Source of the DNA: Atractiella rhizophila
Taxonomy: Eukaryota
DNA length: 64,000 nucleotides
Assembly: GCA_021432655.1 (NCBI GenBank)
Contig: MU271328.1
Location: 1 to 64,000, forward strand
Reading direction: 5' to 3'
The notes under the pieces were generated by a model that was not told the DNA's origin, did no database searches, and worked only from the letters and a program-made list of their open reading frames with translations. Positions within the stretch are counted from its first letter, which is position 1. Every line of letters starts with the position of its first letter. Shown in pieces: positions 26,000 to 36,919 of this stretch. The translations under genes were made by a program, and so were the position numbers.

Positions 26000-28022
26000 C
26001 CTGCCTGAGTGATGGAACAACTTTGAAAGTCCTCACTTTAGTAGATTCTCGTCGCCAAGTATGACATTACTCCTCCCGATATGATTTCTCACTGCGTTGT
26101 TGACGGATCTACCCCGGATAGAGCATCCATTTCTGTGAGAACATGACCTTGTTGTCGCTATCTTATTTGATTGCTATCTAGATGCAGGTTCATTCCAAGT
26201 CAAGCCCCTCCAGTTTCTTATATCTTAAAATTGAGATGGTGACATCCTATGAGATTGGTGAATATCACATAAATGTATATTCTGCTTTGCAATCATTTGT
26301 CCGAAACTACTGGAGCGTTCCGATGATTCATTCTCCAGACCATTCAGAAAGTGGGACATGAGCGGGCCCCAGAACCTTTGGAGTAGAGGAATGTGCCCAA
26401 CTAAATGATGATTTAGAGCAGAAGGAGAGTGAGGAAAGAGTTTGAAGCAGCTTTTTCAGCATCCTCTCCAAGATCAATGAGGTCGTCAGTCAGAGAATAA
26501 GCACAAGCAATGTTGGTAAATGTAATCAAAAATGCAAAATTTCTCCAATGTTCTGTGCGATCAGTTTGTCCAGTCCAGATTATCAGCAAAATGAGAGGCA
26601 GACAAACTGTGAATAAAACAAACCAAGTGTCGGCTTTCAATTTGCCATGGGAAGCGCTTCCAAGGTTTATTAGCGGCCGTTCGATCCAAGTTAGAATCTC
26701 AAGCGCGATCCATTCTCTGACAAATTGCATTTCTTCACCTCTGAAAATACCTTGAAACTTGTCTTTAGCCTTGGTATTAGATTTGAGCTCTTGCTCTTTG
26801 TCTCCTTCTTCTTGATCTAGTACACTTTCATGGTCACTTGCGCCTTCAACCCAATCGTGGTCGTGGTACTTTGCGCCATGGTCATTGTCTGAGTTTCCCG
26901 GCTGGTCGAGTATTTCTGCACCAGTTTCAGGGACTTGGAGACCCGCCAAACAATAAAATTTCATCCTAAGCTGGGTTGCAGCCAAACCATTTTGATTGTA
27001 TTCCACGGCTTCGTCTACAAGACCAGTAAGATCTTCAAGAATGTCTTCACTATCGTTCAAAAACTCGAAGTAAAGGTCATTCTCACCTTGTATATCGGAG
27101 AGTCCTTCTTCTTCGCTCTCAGCAGTGGATTGGGGTGGATCATTTGTCGAGACAGCTTCCGGTTTGGACAATACCTGGATCTCTCCAAGACCTCACTTTC
27201 GACGAAAATAGTTTGACAACAAGCCTTCACAGACGTTGTGCGTGACGCCGATAATGCTTCCTGTGACTGGATCCCAATAATCATATAGTTCCAGAAGGCA
27301 TGAATACCGTGCACCTGATTCTTTGAAGATTTGATCACGTTCAGCAAATGTGGTAGCGGCTTTCCAATGTCTTGCAGCAATGAGGTGTTCCTCAGCAGTT
27401 GAAGCTTCCACTTAGACGAATCCAATATCTCGATGTCCTTTTTCTTCAAATAGCAAAAGGAGCAAAATAAGTTGGCACTATAAGAAGCAAAACCAGGAAC
27501 CTTTCTCATAGCAGGAAGATCGCGGATGAGACCCAAAGTCTTGCATAGAAAGTCTTTCCAGCTGGGAAGTCTGAGGTTACGAATGTTTTCCCATCTTTCA
27601 AAGCGAGAGGCTCCACGACCAGCGGCTCCAAAACATTGTTAATTGTGGTTACAGTCAGTTCGCTTCCTGGTGTAATTCCAAGAATGAAAATATTTTCCAA
27701 CTTGTATCTTTCTTCTGTGGGCAGATTCATACACACGAGTAAAATAACTCCTGATGACACCTTTTTGCCAGCAATTTTGTTTTGATATGGATTGAACCAA
27801 TCCAAAATAATCCAACAACTAAGTTATCAGATTATCGGTACAAGGGACGCCACTTGAATCTGTAAAAGTCCTCCAAGCTGGACTGTCACAAATCTCTTGG
27901 ATCATCCCATCATTTTTTCGAGGAGGGTGGCACTTCTTCAACAGAGGCTCAATCCCAGCTCGTGCGAGAAAGTATGTTAACCATGATTCAAAAGATTGTG
28001 TGCTGTAATAGTATCTAGGCAC
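26000..28022 (-). pseudogene. CACTA/EnSpm (Transposase_21, tnp2-like) transposase remnant
   Basis: EICDSPAWR, DWFNPYQNKIAGKKVSSG, CMNLPTEERYKLENIF...ITPG, DLPAMRKVPGF, YWDPV...HNVCEG, NLGSASHGKLKADTW. Multiple frameshifts. Confidence 0.9.
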
Positions 28023-28086
28023 TAGTATTGGACCCTGGTTCCTTCCTCAATGTTGTCGGAACAATGACTCGCTGCGGGGTCCTCCC

Positions 28087-28387
28087 CTCCTTGAACAAGA
28101 ATGAGGGGAGCTGGCCATATATCCAGCACTGGAATAGGCTGGACGGGTTGCGATGTGCCAGCGGAGAGATCGTGGGTCAAATTGGGAAGCTGGAGACTAG
28201 GATCAACAGGAGGGTCTGTACAAGGAGGAAAATCTTAGTTGACATGTTACGGAGTGGTAATATCAGGAGGGGCGGAGGTGTCATGGTGAACAGCGCCATG
28301 TTGAGGAGGAGAGTAAGTGCGGATTGGCAGGAAGAGGAGGAGGAGGAGGGAAATCGTGATCGTTTCGTGCAGGCTGAGCGGCTTGAT
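28087..28387 (+). repeat. ~300-bp dispersed direct repeat of 30262-30568
   Basis: Long shared blocks, e.g. GGAGCTGGCCATATATCCAGCACTGGAATAGGCTGGAC and GAAATCGTGATCGTTTCGTGCAGGCTGAGCGGCTTGAT. Confidence 0.9.
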
Positions 28388-28389
28388 AT

Positions 28390-29105
28390 GCCTTAGATAG
28401 GTAGAGAGTGAGATTAGACATAACTTGTTTTCCTAGTCTTCCCACTCCTCTCTTTCCTCTTGCTCTTCCCCTCTACTTTCCGCCCTCTTTTCCCTCTCTT
28501 CTTTCCTCCTATCCAACACCCTTTGAGCCCTTTTGATCCATAAGCTGAACTTCCCGCTCTTCCTGATGAATTCCCACACTGCTTGCATAGCCTCAGGTTC
28601 ACTTAGGAGGTCGCTAAGAGACCTGAATTTGATGTCCTTCTTCCTCAGCCTGCTCCTAAGTTTCTTCCTTTCGTCCTCGTGTTCCTCACATTCGAAAAAA
28701 AGGTGGGTGACTGTGTCCCTCATTCCGCAAAAGTTGCATGACGGTTCTTCTGATGCCCCAATACGGTGGAGGTAATTGTTGATGGAGGTGTGGCCTGAGC
28801 GTAGCTGGACGAAGATTGATGCTTGGGCGCGTGGCATTTCCTTCAGCATGTCGAAGGTTTGATCCGGGGAGAGTCGACGGGATAGAGAATGGTGGTGCTT
28901 GCCGGATGGGGGGGAAGAGGCCTCTTTGGGAGTGAATCGATTTGTTGTGATGATCGCTTTGAGTGTGGCTGGGCTTCTCGGGATGACGATGTGGCCTGTT
29001 GCAGTTTCTGGATCCGTTGCGCTGTTAGCTGCTGCGTCCGCTAGCTCGTTGCCTTTGATGTTGCTGTGTCCTGGTATTCAGTGGAGGGAGATGGACGTGC
29101 GCGGT
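28390..29105 (-). mobile_element. 5'-truncated LINE (Tad1-like) ORF2 3' end
   Basis: RNase H C-terminus LH*IPGHSNIKGNELADAAA, then QLRSGHTSINNYLHRI and the Cys/His motif CNFCGMRDTVTHLFFEC. Confidence 0.88.
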
Positions 29106-29650
29106 CACTGAATCGACGATTTACACACGTCACGTGATTTCGACGAATCGTCGATTTACGTTGTCGTACGCTACTCCACATCGCGTCCACCCACGTCTCA
29201 GCATCCGCCCTGATAGAAGAACAAACTCAAACATGTCGTTCCCTGGTTCTGAACTCCCAAATCCAAACCCTTGGGATTCAAATCACTCAGGACCAGCCAA
29301 CGACCAAGATTCAACCCCTGGAACCTTGCAGGGCCGACCTGGTGCTGCTGTAGTCGCTCGAGGCACAAACGGTGCACGACCACCCAAAAATAGTGCAGGG
29401 TTTGATTTTTCCAGTGTCGACTTTTGGCTCCGCAGCAGTCGACCAGTAGTGCCTTCGGTGCTTTCAGTGACAAGCTGGTGCTTTTGTAGAAATCGAATTT
29501 CTAGTGCTTTTTGTGTACAGTTCGTGCCTTGTCAATGTTGTGGTAGTGCTTGATATTAGTGCCTCTGTGATGCCTCGTCAGTGTTGCTTTAGTGCTTGGA
29601 TTCATTGACTGGCAAGTGTGGTTCTAGTCGCTTCCAGTGTCTACTTAGAT
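29106..29650 (+). repeat. Putative CACTA/CMC terminus (CACTG) with subterminal repeats
   Basis: The LINE is cut exactly at CACTGAATCGACGATTTAC. Internal inverted repeat AATCGACGATT/AATCGTCGATT and about ten (T/C)AGTG(C/T) motifs at 29390-29640. Partner end not found. Confidence 0.55.
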
Positions 29651-29970
29651 ATACGGCAACCTCTGCTTTCAATTGCAATGCATTTTTCTCTGTACACTAC
29701 AGTCTTGAGTACCAGATTTGACGCCGGTCCTTCAAAGTCTCCTCTCACATGTCCTTAAGATCTCCCTCCTCTGCCCATTATCTACTCCTCACTCCTTCTC
29801 CTATCATCGACATGATGTCATCACTGCATGGTCAATCACAAGGCTGCTTCCTTCATGCCTTCCAGTCTACAAATCACATTGGCCATCACTTTTCTTGGTC
29901 TAGCTTGAGGAACCTAAGAAGCTCGACGACTTTTTTGTCTATCAAATTGAACTTTGTTATGACGACCTCC

Positions 29971-31349
29971 TTATTGTATGCCTAATATCCCATAAGACAT
30001 CGCTAGCCAAAAGGCTAGGCTTACCTGATACTGCAGCATTTTCTTCCAATGCTCCGCTTTCCAACCATTGTCCTTTGCCATCTTTTTGGCTTCTTCAATC
30101 TGCAACGGCATATCCATCATGTCCAACAGAGGCCGTAGCTTCTCCACATCCTCATGCAGCTTTGTAATTTCCTCCGGAGGCAGGGAGGCTTCAGTGTCTT
30201 TAACTTTCTTCTTGGCTCTTCCTCTCTTTTTCTTGCTAGTGCTGACTTCATTCACCTCCTTTCCTCGAACAAGAACGAGTGGAGCTGGCCATATATCCAG
30301 CACTGGAATAGGCTGGACAGGTTGCGATGTACCAGCAGAGTGATTGTGGGTCAAATTGGGAAGCTGGAGACTAGGAGACTAGGATCAACAGGAGGGGCTG
30401 AACAAGGAGGAAAATCTTGGTTGACATGTTGCGGAGTGGTGATGTCACAAGGGGGGGAGGTGCCATGGTGAACAGCGCCAAGTTGAGGAGGAGAGAAGTG
30501 GGGATTGGCAGGAGGAGGAGGAGGAGGAGGGAAATCGTGATCGTTTCGTGCAGGCTGAGCGGCTTGATTGGCAGGCCAGAAGCCATGCTGAGCAGGAGCG
30601 AGAGTGGTGTGGTCCGCACTGTGGTCGTGTGAAGGAGATAGATCGTAATTACCGGAAGTGGATGGTATTTCACTTTGGAGACCCTTCTCCTCGATTGTCT
30701 TGTTCGGAGTGGTAGGTGTTCCTTCATCTAGATTCTTTGCTTGCAACGCCTTTGAATATTCTCCTCGTACCATGCTGTTCCTGAGATCTTCCGCCAAGCG
30801 CACATCCTTCCCCTGAATCGGCAAGCCTCATGAGATTAGCAAACAGCCTTACATTCAGGGCATTGCTGCCACTTCCTGCCAGCCAGCTTCAACCACACTC
30901 TCTGCTAACCTTCTGAGGCAGCTAAAGTCCAAGAGGAGAGGCATCACCTCTATGGAATCAGGGTGTGCCTGCTTCCATCTCTTGCACAAGGGTTGTGCGA
31001 CCTTTGCACCTCTTAGCAAGGCCTGCAACAGTTCTGCAATCGCCTTTCGAGAACCCACATTCTCCCACCTCTTCAAGCGGAACAGCATCTCTTGTCTAAG
31101 GCTGTTATGACCAAGCGTATCCCCCCGAGGATTGTTCTGCAGGTCTGAGGTGTAGCAATCTTCATCTGCATCGGTTGGAAGGTGGATGTCGGGTTCTGCA
31201 GACAGTACAGCTGTGAGAAGACGCTTTGTAGCTAATTCGGCAACACTTCTGCTGGTCTGGCGATTGACATGGTCGAGTGGTAGTACACCATCTTCAACGA
31301 ATGCGGTAAGTATATTGAGGTTGATGACAATATCGCTGTTTGTGACCAT
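29971..31349 (-). pseudogene. Hypothetical, probably TE-borne multi-exon ORF, disrupted
   Basis: Three adjacent co-oriented ORFs (164, 157, 127 aa). An 8-bp duplication at 30366-30381 shifts the frame between the last two. Confidence 0.45.
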
Positions 31350-32829
31350 CGCTTTGAGCGAATCTAATCCTTATGTTAGTACCAAGTGTCTTGGTAGAAA
31401 TATTATGCCTAGGGTTGGCACAATGCTAACATGGGCAGAGGCAGAATGTTTGCACCTCTCGTCCTGTCTCATCATCTTCCCTCTGTGTAGGTTGGGAGGA
31501 AGGTCACGCTGCATAGAAACCTTCAATGTCTCATAATTCGAGAAGCTAAGAAACAAACCATAGCCCTGGTCTTCTTTACGCCCTTCGACATTAACATGCC
31601 TGTTCCTATCGTACCAACACCTTCCCGACTTTCTACGATAGACATAGGCACATACCTTCATGATGAATGTTACGCATATTATCAACATGATTTCTTTTTT
31701 GGATTCAATCCGCCAACTCCCTCACTTTCCCCCTTCCTCTTCAATCCTCTCTTGACTATTCGGCCCACTTCATCCTCTACCCCCCCATTCGGCTCGTCCT
31801 CATTGTCACAGGTGCTTCCGCTAGTGTTCCTCAGAACTGATGTTACAAAAACACGGCTCATCCAGTCTGTCTTGCCAAGACAGAGAACTGTGCTGTAATC
31901 TGCCTCGAGTTTGTGTAGGATGTTTGGGAGATAAGTTGTTTTGCAGAGACCAGTCTGATTCTTGATCGATTTTGTTGTGTCAAGGTAGGATTTGGCGTAC
32001 AGACTGGCTTCGCTTCGTGTCACATCAGCAGTTGCACGAGGTAGTGGTAACGCCCCGATGACTGTGTCATCCGCTTCGTCAATGATAAGCTGGTGCAATA
32101 CCTGAACAGGATTGAGAATATTGTTCTGAAGGCCGGATCGTGTTGAGGCAGTAGCTTGCTTTCGTTCTCAGAAAACCCCAAGCTCCTCAGCATCTTCCTG
32201 ACCGATTATTGACCTATATGCTTTAAGGGTTTTTTGATCCAATCGTCTCCTGAAAATTCGTTGTGGGAATCGACTGGCTGTAACGCAATGCGATCCATTG
32301 ATGTTGGGTTCGTTGGTTTCGCAGACAGATGTGCCTTCCTGACTTTGTCGAGTTGAAGCTTCAATCGATCGACCTCTTCATCCTTCTCCATAAAGAATTT
32401 TTCCACTTATCTTTATCCATCCTCTCCCTCTCCAATGCAGTCTCTAGCTCAAATATCTTCATCTCTAGCTCTTGCACGTAAGGGTTCAGGCGGAGGTCAC
32501 ATCTTGTGGCATTCTGGATATCAGTCATAAAGGAGTGATCCGATTGCGACATCTTCGCTATTGGAGGAAAAGCCAGGAAGTCTTGAAGCATGGGAGAGGA
32601 GAGGGCGCAGATGAAATGAGGCAGACAAGAGAGTTCAAGCAAAAAGATGGCTTCTTCATTGTCGTCGTTTGTGCCGGAATGAAACTGTGTTGATCCGACC
32701 TAGCACATGCAGATATCTGCACCAGAAGAAAGGAATGCATCAGAGTTTCATCAGCAAAACACGGTGAGAGCTGCAACAGACCTTTTCCAAGCTGTTCTAT
32801 GCCAATCCACCAGTATTGTTATGCTAAGC

Positions 32830-33035
32830 TGTTGTAAATCGACGGGCTGAGGAGCGGAGCTAAGTACGACTTGGTTACGTTTGGCTGAGCTCTTGCAAAC
32901 GCATGAGCACCAGGAAATGGAATTCTATGTGTTTATATAGCTTACAGCAGTGGCAACTAGAAAATAGTAGAACATTCCAGAAAACTAAAGAACTTTGCCA
33001 CTGAGTGGCACGAAACTAGACTGCAAAATGCAACA
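32830..33035 (-). repeat. 3' LTR of the gag-only element
   Basis: Direct repeat of 34261-34466, 205/206 identical by eye. Confidence 0.95.
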
Positions 33036-33361
33036 CTTCCGCCCAGGCTTGTGGAGTGCCAGGAGGTAATCAATAGAAAGTAAAGTTAATCGATAAGGTC
33101 ATTTAAAAGGTAAACAAGGGTCAATTCAATTTTCAACAAGGGGATCTCAAACTTTAATAGTTCATCAAAACTTCCGCCGATTTCTTGCTTCTGCCAGCTT
33201 CAAGGCACATCAATACGAGGTCATAGCTGTCCCATGATGCTTCACCAGCGATGAAAGATCTTCTTCCTACGCCTGAAGATGATACACGGCCTTCATTCGC
33301 CAAATTTCACCAGATCTTGAGACCATTCAACTATTACTCCCCTCAATCTTCTTTTCTTCTT

Positions 33362-34192
33362 TTAAAAAGCTGCATCTATCAAGGCTTCATTGATAGCTAG
33401 GTGTGTACTCTCCTGTGGCTTCGCTTTTCTGTCGCAATCTCGAGCAATGTGAGTGGGATTGCCACATATCCAACAAGCTCGTGAGGTACCGTTATTCTGG
33501 GATTCTGAATATCGTTCAAATCTTCGACTATTCTCCCTCTGTTGTTCCTTCCTTCCCCATTTAGGCGCTGCTCTAGCCATTGCAGCTATCTCTATCTCTC
33601 CTGGTATTCCACCTCTTCTCCTCTCTTCATCCCTGAGTGCTGAAACGACTTCATCAATTGTCTGCTCCCCTTTCGTGGCCATGAGCGTGCTGGCGAGGCT
33701 TCCCCATGTTTCTGCAAGGTTGAATGTCAGGACATCCGTAATATCTTGGTCTGACAGGGTTAGGCCGATTGATTTCATTTTTGATGCTGATTCAAGGACG
33801 TGGGAGATGAATTGTTCAATGGGGGCGCTGAAATCATGCTTTGTCGTGTAAAATGCGCGTTTCAAGGTGATTCTGTTCGCTTTTGAGGATTTCTCATACT
33901 TCTCCTTCAGGGCTTTCCATGCTTCTGGACCAGTAGTGCTGCTTCGAACATACATGAACTGCGATGGATCGAGGCTGAGTCCAATTATTGTAAGTGAGTC
34001 TTCAAGCTGTCTCTTCGTTTCATCGGATGCAGTCCTTGTCTGGACACCATCTGTCGTGCTTGTAAGGATATCCCAGCAATTGCATTTCTTCAGGACGAGG
34101 GTAACAGCAAATTTCCAGTCTGCATAGTTCGTTCCATCGAGCTTTGGAATTTCGCGGATGAGTGAATGAATTCCAACAGTGTGGGTCGACAT
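33362..34192 (-). CDS. gag: Copia-type Gag (276 aa) with CCHC zinc knuckle
   Basis: Uninterrupted ORF with IPKLDGTNYADWKF, AWKALKEKYE and CWICGNPTHIARDC. The ATG lies in a GCCAGCCATG context. Confidence 0.92.
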   Translation of the reverse strand: MSTHTVGIHSLIREIPKLDGTNYADWKFAVTLVLKKCNCWDILTSTTDGVQTRTASDETKRQLEDSLTIIGLSLDPSQFMYVRSSTTGPEAWKALKEKYEKSSKANRITLKRAFYTTKHDFSAPIEQFISHVLESASKMKSIGLTLSDQDITDVLTFNLAETWGSLASTLMATKGEQTIDEVVSALRDEERRRGGIPGEIEIAAMARAAPKWGRKEQQRENSRRFERYSESQNNGTSRACWICGNPTHIARDCDRKAKPQESTHLAINEALIDAAF

Positions 34193-34251
34193 GGCTGGCG
34201 CGTGGGTCGTACAGATCCGCTCTTCTGGACTGGTGACGGTGGTCTAACCGG

Positions 34252-34260
34252 ATGCGTTTG
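34252..34260 (-). promoter_or_regulatory. Putative self-priming primer-binding site
   Basis: CAAACGCAT immediately follows the 5' LTR on the minus strand. It is complementary to ATGCGTTTG at 34335-34327, which starts 35 nt after the first T of TATATAAA (34370-34363). Confidence 0.7.
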
Positions 34261-34466
34261 TGTTGTAAATCGACGGGCTGAGGAGCGGAGCTAAGTACGA
34301 CTTGGTTACGTTTGGCTGAGCTCTTGCAAACGCATGAGCACCAGGAAATGGAATTCTATGTGTTTATATAGCTTACAGCAGTGGCAACTAGAAAATAGTA
34401 GAACATTCCAGAAAACTAAAGAACTTTGCCACTGAGTGGCACGAAACTAGACTGCAAAATCCAACA
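34261..34466 (-). repeat. 5' LTR of the gag-only element
   Basis: Direct repeat of 32830-33035, with TATATAAA on the minus strand. Confidence 0.95.
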
Positions 34467-35449
34467 TAAGCTTTGATCCTTTCCTCTAAAAGCCATCCGT
34501 TCTTGGCATGAGTCATAAAACGCACTTTTGAGCCTTTATTCCTCCCTCACCAGGCCCATTGAGACGAAATGAATTACACCATCTGACTGCATATGCTTGC
34601 GCCTTTCTAAAGCTGCGAGGAAATTTTATTCTGAAGGGGTAAAAAATTTGTTTCAACTGGACTCGAACCCTCACAAGAGTCACAGTAGGGTTCAAGGGGC
34701 CATGCCCCTCGTGAGTGGGTTGGGGGGCCTGAGGGACGAAGGCCTCTGACACACTTGTTTCTTCCTAATTATCCTCCTATGCAACCTTTCGATGAGAACT
34801 AGCTCTTCCAGCTCCATTCCAGCTCCCCATCCAGGACTTCACAAGTACAATCAAAAACGCATAAGAGAATGTTCATCCCCATATCCTTTGATTTGATCTC
34901 GAGCTAAGAAGAAGCAGGAGGCACGGGATGGTCAACGTTCAGAAACACGTGCTGCTTTACGCGTTGACGCAATCATGACATCCCATGTCTCATTGAAGAA
35001 CAGTCTTTGTCTGGATCCTTGGCCACCACGGGGACTTCCTTATGCCTCTAAAGTCCAACTCAAGGTCCAACAACAACATCCAGCGCCGCCAGAAGAGTCA
35101 GACTCTCAACATTTCCAGCCTGAAATAACGCACTGTTCTCCTAAAGACTTTGACACCGTGCCAGTACTGGCTCTTGATCGGGAAGAAGATTTAGAGATGG
35201 GAGATTGTGCTGGAGAGATATTTGTCGAAGAGAGGGTGGAGCTGAGAGAGGAGGTTGAAGTTAATGTATCCACCGCCGAAGACGAGGAGGAGGCTTACCA
35301 CAACCCAAATCCTGACAATGCTACCCGACCTGTGGCCCTTGGAGGTATGAGAGTTAGAGTTACACAGGCAACCGCACTGTCGTAAGTCTACTTGCAGGTC
35401 GATAGAAATGGCGCTGAAATGTAGTCTTTCATTGCAGTGAGATTCGCGA

Positions 35450-36660
35450 TATCCTAATGCCCCTCTTTGATGACGACTCAGAAAACCTTTCGTCCTTCCC
35501 ACCAGATTATCTGGACGATATTCACACACTCAGTGATATGCAGCAGCTTACCTTGGACAAATTCCGAATCTGGCATAGAAATAATGAGAAGGAAGCAAGT
35601 TATGAAGACCACCGTCAAAACTGGATATTACGCGACCATGAAATGCATACCCTTGGCGAGGCAAAGAAGATGCTTGCAGACCTCAGCAGCCTGACTGGGG
35701 ACTGGCTGCCAATGTGTGGAGCATCGTGCAGCTCCTACCTTGGAAAAAATGAGAGTTTGGATAGGTAAGCCCATCATTCCAAACAATGTGTTAATTCTGG
35801 TCTCAGGACCTTTCGTGATCCATGGTCATTCTTCGCTGGGGATCTTGCTCACCTCCATTGGAAGAACAATGTGGAACTTATTTTTGACTCTAACATGGGA
35901 TCAATAAGCAGGAATCTCTTCCTGAACGATGGCATCCAACACAGCAGGTTCGAGAGCTTTTTGGACTCATAGTCAAACGCTCCAAAATCGACATTCTCTA
36001 CACTTTCTCTCAGGCAGCTCCTCGAAACATACATCGATTCCAAAACACGCAGTACAAGATGCATGAGTGGTGGGATATTTACGATTGGCTGCTTGTTCCC
36101 TGCCTCTTCCTCCTAGGATTTCCAAGGGACATTCTGGATGTCATCGACTCATTCATTTGCGCCAGCTTGCGTGGCAGCATCAAATCACTGAAGAGGAGCG
36201 GCTCAAAATCCAAGACCACTTTGCCACCTTCGTTAAAGACTGGGAAAAGATATATGTACATGCGATCGCTCTCGACTCGTTCGAATGCCCATGTGCATTC
36301 ACCATCTCTTGCATATCGCTGACTGGATTCTCTGGTGGGGGCCGGGGATCCTATACTCGCAATTCCCAGTGGAGGGAATGATTGGCTACCTAAAGAAGCG
36401 CATCAACCAGGACAACAAGTATCAAGAAAATCTTGTCAACCAAGCTCTGCTGCAGGAACAGTTGAACATCATAGATATCTTCTACCGTATTTGACATCCT
36501 CTTCATGGGACCTCTGCTTCTCGATACCAACAGTTTTCCTCAGCATCCTCTCGCAACGCCGTCTCTTCGCCTCGCTGGACATCTATTCCTCTTACCAAGC
36601 TTGCCAAACTGCGAGGAACCGAATATTATGAGGAATGGATGCAAGAGCTCACATTGATTC
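35450..36660 (+). pseudogene. Internally deleted CACTA transposase remnant
   Basis: N-terminal MCGASCSSYLG parallels MCPNSCITYTG of the 59-62 kb copy. C-terminal YKMHEWW, FVKDWEKIY and IHHLLHIADWILWWGP...SQFPVEGMIGYL are present; the central DDE region is not seen. Confidence 0.8.
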
Positions 36661-36668
36661 GAGCGTAC

Positions 36669-36919
36669 TGACAAATGTATTATCGCTGCGAAGTGCAAGA
36701 TAACAATGAGTATATGTTGCATTTAGTATGTAAGGAAACTACATTACCTGCGAAGTGCGAGATAACAATGAGTATAAGTCTCGCACTTGCTGGTTTACAA
36801 GCTTTTATAACAGACAGATCCCTGTGGCAAAAGATTGGCCACAGTTCCAGAAAGTGCTCGAAGGAAACTAAACGCGCAAGTGCGCAAGTGGCGAAAGGAG
36901 GAGGCGCACGATTCTGTCA
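36669..36919 (-). repeat. Solo LTR (family 2), 251 bp
   Basis: TGACA...TGTCA termini, perfect CGTAC TSD (36664-36668, 36920-36924), TATAAAA on the minus strand, and similarity to 8535-8789. Confidence 0.9.

Larger units (their letters stand above)
32830..34466 (-). mobile_element. Young gag-only Copia-type LTR element (TR-GAG-like), 1637 bp
   Basis: Two 206-bp LTRs (32830-33035, 34261-34466; TGTTG...CAACA) with one mismatch, perfect TAAGC TSD, purine tract GGGCGGAAG before the 3' LTR, a single intact gag ORF and no pol. Confidence 0.95.

Noticed and set aside
34685..34746. GGGGCCATGCCCC hairpin cluster as a Helitron 3' end or terminator
   Set aside because: No CTRR terminus at the expected distance and no linked Helitron sequence.
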